A stretch of 62,420 nt of DNA from Chloroflexia bacterium (GTDB lineage: Bacteria; Chloroflexota; Chloroflexia; QHBQ01), in assembly GCA_038229595.1 (NCBI GenBank), contig JBBROH010000004.1:1-62420 (forward strand), given 5' to 3'. Shown here piece after piece: positions 28,818 to 37,524 of this stretch. Position 1 is the stretch's first letter. Every line of letters starts with the position of its first letter. The notes under the pieces are model-generated. The model was not told the origin of the DNA. It ran no database searches and saw only the letters and a program-made list of their open reading frames with translations. The position numbers and the translations under genes are program-made.

Positions 28818-30067
28818 GCTTCTACTACCCAACCAAGCAGCCACCGATCTCGCTCACTACCCTGGTGCGCGTCGAACGCCGCCTACCGCTCGCGGGCGAA
28901 GTGACGGTGCGCGTCGGCACGCGGGTAGACCCTGGCGACATCGTGGCCCGCACCCTGATCCCTGGACAGAAGGTGGTGCTTGACCTGGCTAGAGAACTGG
29001 GGGTTAAGCCGAAGGAGGTGGCGAAGCTGCTGCGGCGCAAGGAGGGCGAGCAGATTGAGCCGGGCGAAGTGATCGCCGGGCGGCGCGGCATCGGCGGCAA
29101 GCAGATCAAGTCGCCTATCTCTGCCGAACTGAGCAGTGTGGACAGCGGCACGGGCAGCGTTACCCTCACTCCGATGGGCGAGATGTTCGAGCTTGACGCG
29201 CACCTCAAAGGTATCGTGATGGAGGTCTTCCCCCTGCAAGGGGTTAGCGTGGAGACCCCCGCTGCTGTCGTGCGTGGCTTGTGGGGCATGGGTGGCGACC
29301 GCTATGGCGTACTCAAGCTACTCGTCACTGGGGCGGATGAGCCGCTGACCGCTGACCTGGTAGACGCGAAGGCCACCTACGCCGTGGTCGTAGGCGGGGC
29401 GGCAGTGACGGCGGACGCACTAAAGCGGTGCATCGAAAACCGCGTGCGGGGGGTGATCGTTGGCAGCATGGCCCTGAGCGAACTCCGCAATTTCCTGCTT
29501 GAATACTACACGCCAGAGGCGTACATGGCCGCCAGCGACCTGCTGGACTGGCCGCTGGGCAGGCTGGGCTGGCAGTTCCCGCCCGTGCCGCTCTTTCCAG
29601 AGCGTGCGCCGCTCGACCGCCGTGGCTCGGCGGCCCGCCAGTTGCCGGGGCAGGCCCAGCAACCGCTAGCTCTCCCCTTCACCCTGATCGTCACTGAGGG
29701 CTTCGGCCAGATGCCGATGTCCAACCGCGCCTTCGACCTGCTAGCCGCCGCCGACGGTCAGGAGGTGACGATCAGCGGCACCACCCGCCTGCGTGGTGGC
29801 CTCGCCCGACCAGAGGTGATCATCCCCTTGCCACGCAGCAGCGTGCAGGGCCGCGACCTGAGCGACAGCCAGACAGCACCAGCGATCCACGTTGGCAGCA
29901 CAGTGCGCCTGATCGCTGCCCCTTATATTGGCGGCATTGCAAAGGTGACGGCCTTGCCTGGCGCAGCCCGCCCACTACCCAGCGGCCTCACCGCCCGTGT
30001 CGCCGAGGTCGCCCTCGACAATGACCACCTGCTGATCCCCATCTTCGACCTTGAGGTGCTGGACTGA
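28814..30067 (+). CDS. hypothetical protein with barrel-sandwich hybrid motifs and a C-terminal KOW/SH3-like domain
   Basis: RRLPLAGEVTVRVGTRVDPGDIVA, TEGFGQMPM, RPEVII, VGSTVRLIAAPYIGG; ATGA overlap with the ATPase gene. Confidence 0.75.
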   Translation: MSFYYPTKQPPISLTTLVRVERRLPLAGEVTVRVGTRVDPGDIVARTLIPGQKVVLDLARELGVKPKEVAKLLRRKEGEQIEPGEVIAGRRGIGGKQIKSPISAELSSVDSGTGSVTLTPMGEMFELDAHLKGIVMEVFPLQGVSVETPAAVVRGLWGMGGDRYGVLKLLVTGADEPLTADLVDAKATYAVVVGGAAVTADALKRCIENRVRGVIVGSMALSELRNFLLEYYTPEAYMAASDLLDWPLGRLGWQFPPVPLFPERAPLDRRGSAARQLPGQAQQPLALPFTLIVTEGFGQMPMSNRAFDLLAAADGQEVTISGTTRLRGGLARPEVIIPLPRSSVQGRDLSDSQTAPAIHVGSTVRLIAAPYIGGIAKVTALPGAARPLPSGLTARVAEVALDNDHLLIPIFDLEVLD

Positions 30068-30092
30068 GCAGCGCAAATTGGCAGATAGCAAG

Positions 30093-30120
30093 AGGCCCGC
30101 TGGATTGCTCCGGCGGGCCT
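30093..30120. terminator. hairpin between convergent genes
   Basis: AGGCCCGCTGGA-TTGC-TCCGGCGGGCCT. Confidence 0.6.
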
Positions 30121-30184
30121 GCTGCTTGTGCTGGTGGGGGCGGGGAGGCGACTAATCGCCTCCCTGCCCTTTGCCCAACGGAGC

Positions 30185-32017
30185 TTACTTGCTGAACCAG
30201 TCGGGCTGGCTGTCGCTGAAGCTGTTCTGCACGATAGGCACCAGTTCGCTGTTGTCAGCGCGGGCGCGGAACAGTTGCAGGCGGCCACTCGTCCCCTGCT
30301 CGCGGGCGTACGCGATGCGCCCACCGTCGCTGCTGAAGGCCGGATCCCAGTCATTGCTGTTATTGTTGGTCAACCGCTGGTTGTTGCTGCCGTCAACCTT
30401 GACCAGGTAGAGTTCCAAAGCGGCTGCGCTACCATCTGGGCCACCAACGTAGATGATGCGGCTGCCCTGTGGCGACCAGCGCGGTAGGATGTTAGCGTTG
30501 CCGATGCCGGGGTTGGTTACGCGGCGCACGTTGGTGCCGTCGGCGTTCATCACGTAGATGCTCTTGGCCCCGTCGCGGTTGCTGACGAAAGCGATCTGAG
30601 TCGCGTCGGGCGACCAACTGGGGTCAACGTCGAAGCTGGTGTTGCCAGTCAGCCGCACAGGGTCGGCCCCCACAAAGAGGTCGGTAGTGAAGATTTCCTC
30701 TGCGCCATAAGCCTCCTCGAAGCCGACGAAGGCGATCTTCTGGCCGTCGGGCGACCAGGATGGCTTGCTCTGGCGACCAGGGTAGTTGTTGTTGAGCAGG
30801 ATCGGGTTGCTGCCGTCCTTGTTCATGATGTACAGCTTGAACTCGCCGCTGCGGTTGCTGATGAAGGCGATCTTGCTGCCGTCAGGCGACCAAACCGGGT
30901 CTTTGTTGACGCTGTTATCGTTGGTCAGGTTGACGCGGCTGCTACCAGTCGGCTTCATCGCGTAAATCTGCGACTTGGTGGTGTCGGTGTACTGGTTGGA
31001 GGTGAAGACGATCACGCCAGCCAGTGGCCCCGGCTGCGGGGTAGCCGTCGGCTGTGCGCCAGCAGTCGCGGTCGGGCTGGCGGCAGGCGTACCTGGCACA
31101 GGGGTGTTGACCACCGGGGTGCTTGCGCCGATCAGTTGGTACCGCCACTTGTAGTAGTGTTGGCCGATGTTGCCCATCTCCACCTTGAAGCCGGGCGGGT
31201 TGGAGGGAACGTAGGTGAGGACGCGTCGCTCGTAAAGCTGGATCATCACGTCCAGGCCGCTGACCCCAGCTATCTTGACCTTCGTCCAGTACGGCTCGCT
31301 GATCGGCAGGCCACTGGCGTAGAACCAGGGGTCGTTCAGCCGCTCCGACTGGCCGCCGCCACCAACCGGGCCGCTGGCATTGAGGAAGTTCCACATCACT
31401 TCGGGGATATTGTGCCTGGTGGTGGTGTCGAAGTAGACGTTGCGGGTGCCGGGCAGGTTGGCCTTGTTCGGATCGAGACCGAGGCCGCCGAAGCGGTCAA
31501 TCGTGTCAATCACGTTCTGGCCGCGGCGGTCGGCAGCAGGGCCGGTGAAGCTGGTGAAGGTGGCGTAGGTGGGCGCGTTCGCATCGTCGGGGTCGCCCGA
31601 AACGGGGATCTGCGCCGGGCTGTACTGCTGGAAGGTATTATCGCCCAATTGAAGCTTGCCACTGACAAGCTCGGTTGTGAGCAGGCCGTTGGTAACGTAG
31701 AACTTGCTGTTGCGATCTGCGTTGGGGTTGTTGATCTCCATGCGGCTCTTGTCGAAGTATTGGACGAGGTGCTGGCCGTTAACCCCCTGGGCGTATGGCT
31801 CGTAGAGGCCCGCCGTGTTGGGCTGTGGCCCCCAGTACCAACTGCGGGTGGCACTGCCGTTCTGCACGGGCAGGTCAGTGCGCTGCCACACATTGTAGAA
31901 GGCAGGGTCGGCGAAGCCGGTTTGGGCGGCGGCGGGGCTGATGTTGCTGAGGATGCCGAGGATCATCAGCAGGGCGATTGCGCTGGCCGCCAGCTTGCGG
32001 CGGTTGTTCTTGTACAT
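30185..32017 (-). CDS. secreted protein: N-terminal cell-surface domain + TolB-like PD40 beta-propeller
   Basis: signal peptide; RTDLPV..RSWYWGP..VQYFDKSRME domain; repeated PxWSPDGxxIAF; RBS AAGGAG. Confidence 0.88.
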   Translation of the reverse strand: MYKNNRRKLAASAIALLMILGILSNISPAAAQTGFADPAFYNVWQRTDLPVQNGSATRSWYWGPQPNTAGLYEPYAQGVNGQHLVQYFDKSRMEINNPNADRNSKFYVTNGLLTTELVSGKLQLGDNTFQQYSPAQIPVSGDPDDANAPTYATFTSFTGPAADRRGQNVIDTIDRFGGLGLDPNKANLPGTRNVYFDTTTRHNIPEVMWNFLNASGPVGGGGQSERLNDPWFYASGLPISEPYWTKVKIAGVSGLDVMIQLYERRVLTYVPSNPPGFKVEMGNIGQHYYKWRYQLIGASTPVVNTPVPGTPAASPTATAGAQPTATPQPGPLAGVIVFTSNQYTDTTKSQIYAMKPTGSSRVNLTNDNSVNKDPVWSPDGSKIAFISNRSGEFKLYIMNKDGSNPILLNNNYPGRQSKPSWSPDGQKIAFVGFEEAYGAEEIFTTDLFVGADPVRLTGNTSFDVDPSWSPDATQIAFVSNRDGAKSIYVMNADGTNVRRVTNPGIGNANILPRWSPQGSRIIYVGGPDGSAAALELYLVKVDGSNNQRLTNNNSNDWDPAFSSDGGRIAYAREQGTSGRLQLFRARADNSELVPIVQNSFSDSQPDWFSK

Positions 32018-32212
32018 AAAGTCACTCCTTTGGTACAATCGGTAGTGTGTGGTGGGCAGGCTGCCCGCTAACCAGCCGGTTGCGGCTGTCTGACCATTAT
32101 AACGGATAAGCGGCGCAGAGGTTGCATCCGCTACTATACGTCCCCATCCTACCAGCGGAGGGGGTGGTTGGCACGAAAAAGGCGCATCGCTGCGCCCGGT
32201 CTGCCAAATGGT

Positions 32213-32794
32213 TTAGCTGTCCCGGCCCGAAGTAGGGGGCGGGCTGGGGTAGACGAACAAGGCGACGGTGTAGCGGGGAGCAGTTGGCTTCTTGCGCCCG
32301 CTGCTGCGCTGATCTTCTAGCGTAGCAGTGATGAAACTGAGCAATTCGCGTGCCTGCACTGCTGTCAGGCGGAAACCCTCCTCGACGTGAGCCTCTACCA
32401 CGCTCTCCTCTGCCTCGGCGGGCTGGCGGTGGGCAGCGACGAACCCGGCCCGCACCCGCTCGGCAGTAGCCAGGTAGGTGGGTGGCGGCTCGTCCGTCAG
32501 GGCAAAGAGGAGAGGATCAACGGCGTAGCTATCGGCGGTGGTGGTGTAATACTTCTCGATGATGCTACCCTTCTCCTGCCGACTGCTGAGGACGATCAGC
32601 CCATGCCGTTCCAACTCCTTGACGTGGTAGTGGATGCGACCGGCCACCGCCCCCACCGCGTCGGCGATCTGCTTGACGGTGGCGGGTTGCTGATGTAGCA
32701 CGCGCAGGATACGCAGGCGCATCGGCTCGGCTAGCACGCGCACCCGCTCCAGGTCGTTCAAGATCAGCACGGCGGGCTTCTGCTCTGTTGACAT
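32213..32794 (-). CDS. ArsR/HTH_20 winged-helix transcriptional regulator
   Basis: LAEPMRLRIL..TVKQIADAVG..IHYHVKELERHGLI..EKYY. Confidence 0.88.
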   Translation of the reverse strand: MSTEQKPAVLILNDLERVRVLAEPMRLRILRVLHQQPATVKQIADAVGAVAGRIHYHVKELERHGLIVLSSRQEKGSIIEKYYTTTADSYAVDPLLFALTDEPPPTYLATAERVRAGFVAAHRQPAEAEESVVEAHVEEGFRLTAVQARELLSFITATLEDQRSSGRKKPTAPRYTVALFVYPSPPPTSGRDS

Positions 32795-33057
32795 AAGTGG
32801 TAAGCCTCTCTGTAATTCTTTATTCTAGCCCAATCTAACAACTTGTTCTGGATTTGTCAATCGGGATTCAGCGGAATCGGATCGGGATTCTGGAATTGCA
32901 TAGGCTGAATAGCCACCATCGTCTCCCTTGAGGGGCGTTTATGATCAATATGCCAGAAAGGCTTGCTTTTTCGATAAGTTTGGTGGATGATAGCAATTAA
33001 CGACAGTAGAGGCAAGAACTGATAGCTTAGCAGCGGACAACGAAAGAGTAGTGACAA

Positions 33058-34487
33058 ATGTTTACTAGTTCACAGTTTAGAATGCTGGCGGCAGCGGTTA
33101 TAGCTGCGACGCTGCTGTTTGGCTGCGACAGCGGCACGTCTACACCGCCACAGCAAGTAGTGGCTGCTACGAGCATTCCCGCACCGGACACCACTGCTGC
33201 TGACACCACGCCGCCTCATCCCACCGCCCCGCTTGCAACGGTTTCACAGCAAGCAGCGGCTACCCCGACTGTCGCCGCAGCAACTAACACTACTACTGAC
33301 ACCGCAACGCCTTATCCTTATCCCACCTCCCCGCCTGCAACAGTTCTTAGCCAGGAGAGTATCAACTTAGCCCTGTGTTCGCGGACATCCGCATGGTGCA
33401 GCCGCCTGCAACAGTTCTTAGCCAGGAGAGTATCAACCCTAACTCAGCAGGTACTCCGATTATCTGGGCTGTAGAGTCTAAGGACTCCCTCACGCTCTGG
33501 TTGGGGTACTTTGATGATCAGCCCGCAGCGCAGTTGGTGAATGCACACCCGCTTGTACAATGGCAAGGCAACTTCATAGTTTTGGACATGAAGGTTTCAC
33601 CGAGCAAACATTCGGTTGCCGCCCTGGTATCAGAGGACAGACCAGAGGAGGGTCTGGCCCGTTGGATCGCTGTCGTTGACCTGGACACGAACAGCGTACA
33701 AAGCGCATCTGACTACATGGCACCGGAAACCAGCGGCGCGTACTCCATACTTGGTTGGATCGACGACACCACCATCGCCTTCCAATCTTTTAACAGCGTG
33801 AGATTTGCGTCACTGGCGACCCGTAAGGTAAGTCAGTGTCCATTCCCCAAAACGCAGTGGGGAGTGGCACAGAGTGTACTTTCAGCAGACCGTAGATCAA
33901 TCGTTTCTCTGGTGATAGCCGATCAAGAACACACCGGCTACTGGCGATACAATGTAGATTGCAGCAATCTCCAAAAGGTGGTTGACTCCGAGCATCTTAT
34001 CCCAGGACGTATTTATAGTTGGTCGTCAGATGGCAGAACAGTTAGTTTCGTTCATGAACTCAGACCAGACGCTAGCAAGCAGCAAGTATGGACGCTGGAT
34101 GTGGAGAGCGGTAAGCAGCAGCCGATCACTGAAAGCAACGCCTGGAGTGTTAATCCAGCATGGTCGCCAGACGGCAAGCGGCTAGCATACCTCCAGGCAA
34201 GTACACTGCCAAAGATCAACGATCAGCCAGGTTCTAATCGCCCATCGGCAGCGGACACCAACATCTTTGTTACTGGCGAAGGTCTGAGTACAGCACAACA
34301 ACTGAATACCAACCCGCCACGAGCCAATGCTGGCCTGGCCTGGATCAACAACAGCTACCTGGTCATGGCCTCTGGCAGCAAAAGCAGCCGAACAAGCCTA
34401 GTTGCGCTTTCCCTCGCTGGTCAGGCAACTAACTTGCAGACCGCGCCCCCAGGGGCAGGCATTGCTTGGCTGGCAGTTGTCCGCTAG
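33058..34487 (+). pseudogene. lipoprotein with PD40/TolB-like propeller, frameshifted by a 71-bp insertion/duplication
   Basis: ORF 33058-33474 has a lipobox (LFGC); ORF 33375-34487 has WSSDG/PAWSPDG repeats. Deleting 33367-33437 gives one 1359-nt frame (452 aa). Confidence 0.85.
33331..33437. repeat. perfect 36-bp direct repeat flanking a 35-bp insert (repeat-spacer-repeat geometry)
   Basis: CCGCCTGCAACAGTTCTTAGCCAGGAGAGTATCAAC at 33331-33366 and 33402-33437; insert TTAGCCCTGTGTTCGCGGACATCCGCATGGTGCAG. Confidence 0.95.
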
Positions 34488-34670
34488 CAAAATAGGAGAA
34501 ATCAGCAGTTCTATCCCAATCTGAGTGCTACACGAGCGCAGGTCGCCATGTTTCTGCACGAAGTAGTAGTCCAAACTACGTGCAAAAACTCAGATGATGG
34601 AAGCGCAGCCACAGCTTGTCGGACACAGTGACAAGCTCTAGCTTAGCAGCCCAAGCGCGCAGAGCTACGC

Positions 34671-37301
34671 TCACGCGGCAAACAACTGCTCGTCCTCCTC
34701 GGCCACTGGCAGCGGTAGCAGGCGCGGGCTGGCAGGTGGCGGTGGGGTGGGTAGGGCAGCAGGCAGGCTGTCGCGCTCGGCGGTGAAGTTGCACGCGCTG
34801 CACTTGACTGTCTGCCCATCCTTCCCACGCAGGGTAAGCAATGCGCCACAGGCAGGGCAGGGCGGGCTGGCGAGGGGCCGATCCCAGAGCGAGTAGACGC
34901 AGTCGGGGTAGCGGCCACAACTAAAGAAGACGCGCCCCTTCTTACTTCGCTTCTCGATAATCTCGCCCTGCGCGCACTGGGGGCAGGTTACGCCGGTGCC
35001 GCCGCCAAAAGGCCGCGTATTGCGGCAGTTGGGGAAGCCGGAGCAAGCGATGAACTTGCCGTAGCGACCGAGCTTGATCACTAGCGGGCTGGCGCACTTC
35101 TCGCACGCTTCGCCGGTTGGCACGTCGCGCACTACCACCTTACCGATGGCACTATCGGCTAGCTCCACTGCTTCGTGCAGGGGATTGTAGAAGCTGGCGA
35201 TCACCGGCTGCCAGGCCCGCTCGCCGTTGGAGATGTCGTCAAGCTCCTGCTCCATCCGCGAAGTGAAGCTGGGGTTGACAATGGCGGCGAAGTGCTGCAC
35301 CAGCAGATCGTTGACGATCATGCCCAGTTCGGTCGGCACCAACTTCTTGTCTTCGCGCATCACGTAGCCGCGATCCTGGATCGTCGCCAGGGTGGGAGCG
35401 TAGGTGCTGGGTCGGCCAATGCCCTGCTCCTCCAACATCTTGACCAGACTAGCCTCGGTGTAGCGCGGAGGCGGCTGGGTGAAGTGCTGCAAGGGCAGCA
35501 GCTTGAGCAGATCAAGCGGTTCGCCCACTTCGAGCCTGGGCAGTGGCGGCTGCTTGTCCTCCGCTTGCTCGGCGGTCTCGTCGTCGTTATCCTCGCGGTA
35601 GACGGCCAGGAAGCCAGGGAACTTGATTACGCTGCCGCTGGTGCGGAACAGATAGGGCCGGATCGTCCCCTTGCCCGCTGCGATCTCTACGCTGGTGCTG
35701 TCGAAGACGGCCTGGGTCATCTGGCTGGCAAGGAAGCGTTGCCAGATCAGCTTGTAGAGCTTGTACTGCTCAGCAGTCAGGCTGCTCTTGATTGCGTCGG
35801 GGTCGCGGCCTGTTACGGTAGGGCGGATCGCCTCATGGGCCTCCTGGGCGTTCTTCGACTTCTTGGTGTAGGTGGGTGGGGCGGGGGGCAGGTAGGGTTC
35901 GCCGTAGCGAGCGGCGATCACCTGCCGCGCCTCGGCCTGGGCTGAAGCCGCCACGTTGGTGCTGTCCGTCCGCATATAGGTGATCAGGCCCACGCTGCCC
36001 TCGCCGCCGCCCACGTCAATGCCCTCGTAGAGTTGCTGGGCGATGATCATCGTGCGCCGGGCGGTATAGCCGAGCTTGCGGCCCGCCTCCTGCTGCAAGG
36101 TGCTGGTGGTGAAGGGCGCAACGGGGCTGCGGCGTACCTCCCGCGTCTTGACGCTGCTAACCAGGTAATCTGCATCGTCCAAGCCCTTGATGATGACGTT
36201 GGCATCTTCAGCGTTGCCGATCTCTGCCTTCTTGCCGTTGACCTGGGCCAGGGCAGCATGGAACTGATCGCCGCGCTTTGGCTTCGCCACCTGCTTCTGC
36301 AAGTCAACCTCGATGCTCCAATACTCGACTGGCACGAACGCCTCGATCTCGCGCTCGCGCTCGACGATCAGGCGCACCGCCACCGACTGCACCCGGCCTG
36401 CACTGAGACCACCCTTGACCTTGCGCCAGAGGATTGGGCTGATGCTATAGCCGACCAGCCGATCCAGGATGCGACGCGCTTGCTGGGCGTTGACCAGGTC
36501 CATGTCCAGCGTGCGGGGGTGGGCAATGGCGTGCTGCACGGCCTCTTTGGTCACCTCGTGAAACTCCACCCGGTAGACCGGCTTGCCAGCAGCCTGGGTC
36601 GCCTCCAACAGATGCCAGGCAATCGCCTCGCCCTCGCGGTCTGGGTCGGTTGCCAGGTAAATCGCCTTCGCGCGCGCCACATCCGCCTTCAGTTCCTTGA
36701 CCGTCGCGCTCTTTTCGCGGGGGATCAGGTACTGGGGGGTAAAGTCGTGTTCGGTGTCCACCCCCATCTTGCTCTTGGGCAGGTCACGCACGTGGCCGTA
36801 GCTGGCACGCACGGCATAGCCGCGACCGAGGTACTTGCTGATTGTCTTCGCCTTCGTCGGCGACTCGACGATCACCAGATTAACCCCCTGGGGGATGCTG
36901 CTGACTGAGGCACGCACACTGCTACTACCCTCGCCGGTTGCCTTCTTCGTCGTGCTGCGGCTGGTGGTACTGCGCGTAGTGGTGCCGGTTGCCTTCTTCG
37001 TCGTGCTGCGCGTAGTGGTGCCGGTTGCCTTCTTTGTCGTGCTGCGCGTAGTGGTGCCAGTCGCCTTCTTTGTCGTTGCCTTCTTCGTTGGGGCAGCGGT
37101 AGCCGTCGTGCTGCTGGCACGAGTGGCGCGCTTGGCAGTGACTGGGGTGGCAGCGTCAGTGCTGACGACGGCAGCGGCACGCTTGCGCGGAGTAGTGACA
37201 GGCGCAGTAGCGTCGACAGCGGGGGTGGCAGCACGCTTGCGGGTAGTAGGGGAGGTTGTAGGGGCTTCAGCGTCGCCTGCAATAATCTTTTTCGTGGGCA
37301 T
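34671..37301 (-). CDS. topA: DNA topoisomerase I with a basic N-terminal extension and C-terminal zinc fingers
   Basis: LVIVESPTKAKTI, LATDPDREGE, SAGRVQS, LITYMRTD, QEAHEAIRPT, GIGRPSTYA, C4 zinc ribbons. Confidence 0.97.
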   Translation of the reverse strand: MPTKKIIAGDAEAPTTSPTTRKRAATPAVDATAPVTTPRKRAAAVVSTDAATPVTAKRATRASSTTATAAPTKKATTKKATGTTTRSTTKKATGTTTRSTTKKATGTTTRSTTSRSTTKKATGEGSSSVRASVSSIPQGVNLVIVESPTKAKTISKYLGRGYAVRASYGHVRDLPKSKMGVDTEHDFTPQYLIPREKSATVKELKADVARAKAIYLATDPDREGEAIAWHLLEATQAAGKPVYRVEFHEVTKEAVQHAIAHPRTLDMDLVNAQQARRILDRLVGYSISPILWRKVKGGLSAGRVQSVAVRLIVEREREIEAFVPVEYWSIEVDLQKQVAKPKRGDQFHAALAQVNGKKAEIGNAEDANVIIKGLDDADYLVSSVKTREVRRSPVAPFTTSTLQQEAGRKLGYTARRTMIIAQQLYEGIDVGGGEGSVGLITYMRTDSTNVAASAQAEARQVIAARYGEPYLPPAPPTYTKKSKNAQEAHEAIRPTVTGRDPDAIKSSLTAEQYKLYKLIWQRFLASQMTQAVFDSTSVEIAAGKGTIRPYLFRTSGSVIKFPGFLAVYREDNDDETAEQAEDKQPPLPRLEVGEPLDLLKLLPLQHFTQPPPRYTEASLVKMLEEQGIGRPSTYAPTLATIQDRGYVMREDKKLVPTELGMIVNDLLVQHFAAIVNPSFTSRMEQELDDISNGERAWQPVIASFYNPLHEAVELADSAIGKVVVRDVPTGEACEKCASPLVIKLGRYGKFIACSGFPNCRNTRPFGGGTGVTCPQCAQGEIIEKRSKKGRVFFSCGRYPDCVYSLWDRPLASPPCPACGALLTLRGKDGQTVKCSACNFTAERDSLPAALPTPPPPASPRLLPLPVAEEDEQLFAA
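36970..37086 (-). repeat. 3 x 36-bp coding repeat (KKATGTTTRSTT) in the TopA N-terminal extension
   Basis: units at 36970, 37006 and 37042 on the + strand. Confidence 0.9.
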
Positions 37302-37524
37302 GGTAATCTCTTCCTGGGTTTGTAGCATCGAGCTTGCGCCCACAATTGCGCGGGCGTAATTTCACTATAACTACTTTGACGGCCAATTGTCAAGCGGGCG
37401 CAAAAGATTCACACAACGGGCTAATGCTTTGCGGCGGGGCAGCGGGCGACTAAAGCAATGGGCGGGGCGGAGGTATGACTCCCGGCCCCACCCATCTACT
37501 TGCACCTTGCACCAGGGCGGTTGG

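Noticed and set aside
33331-33437. Annotating this as a functional CRISPR array
   Set aside because: Only two repeats, the repeat is the host gene's own coding sequence, and there is no leader or cas gene. Kept as a repeat feature and as a hypothesis.
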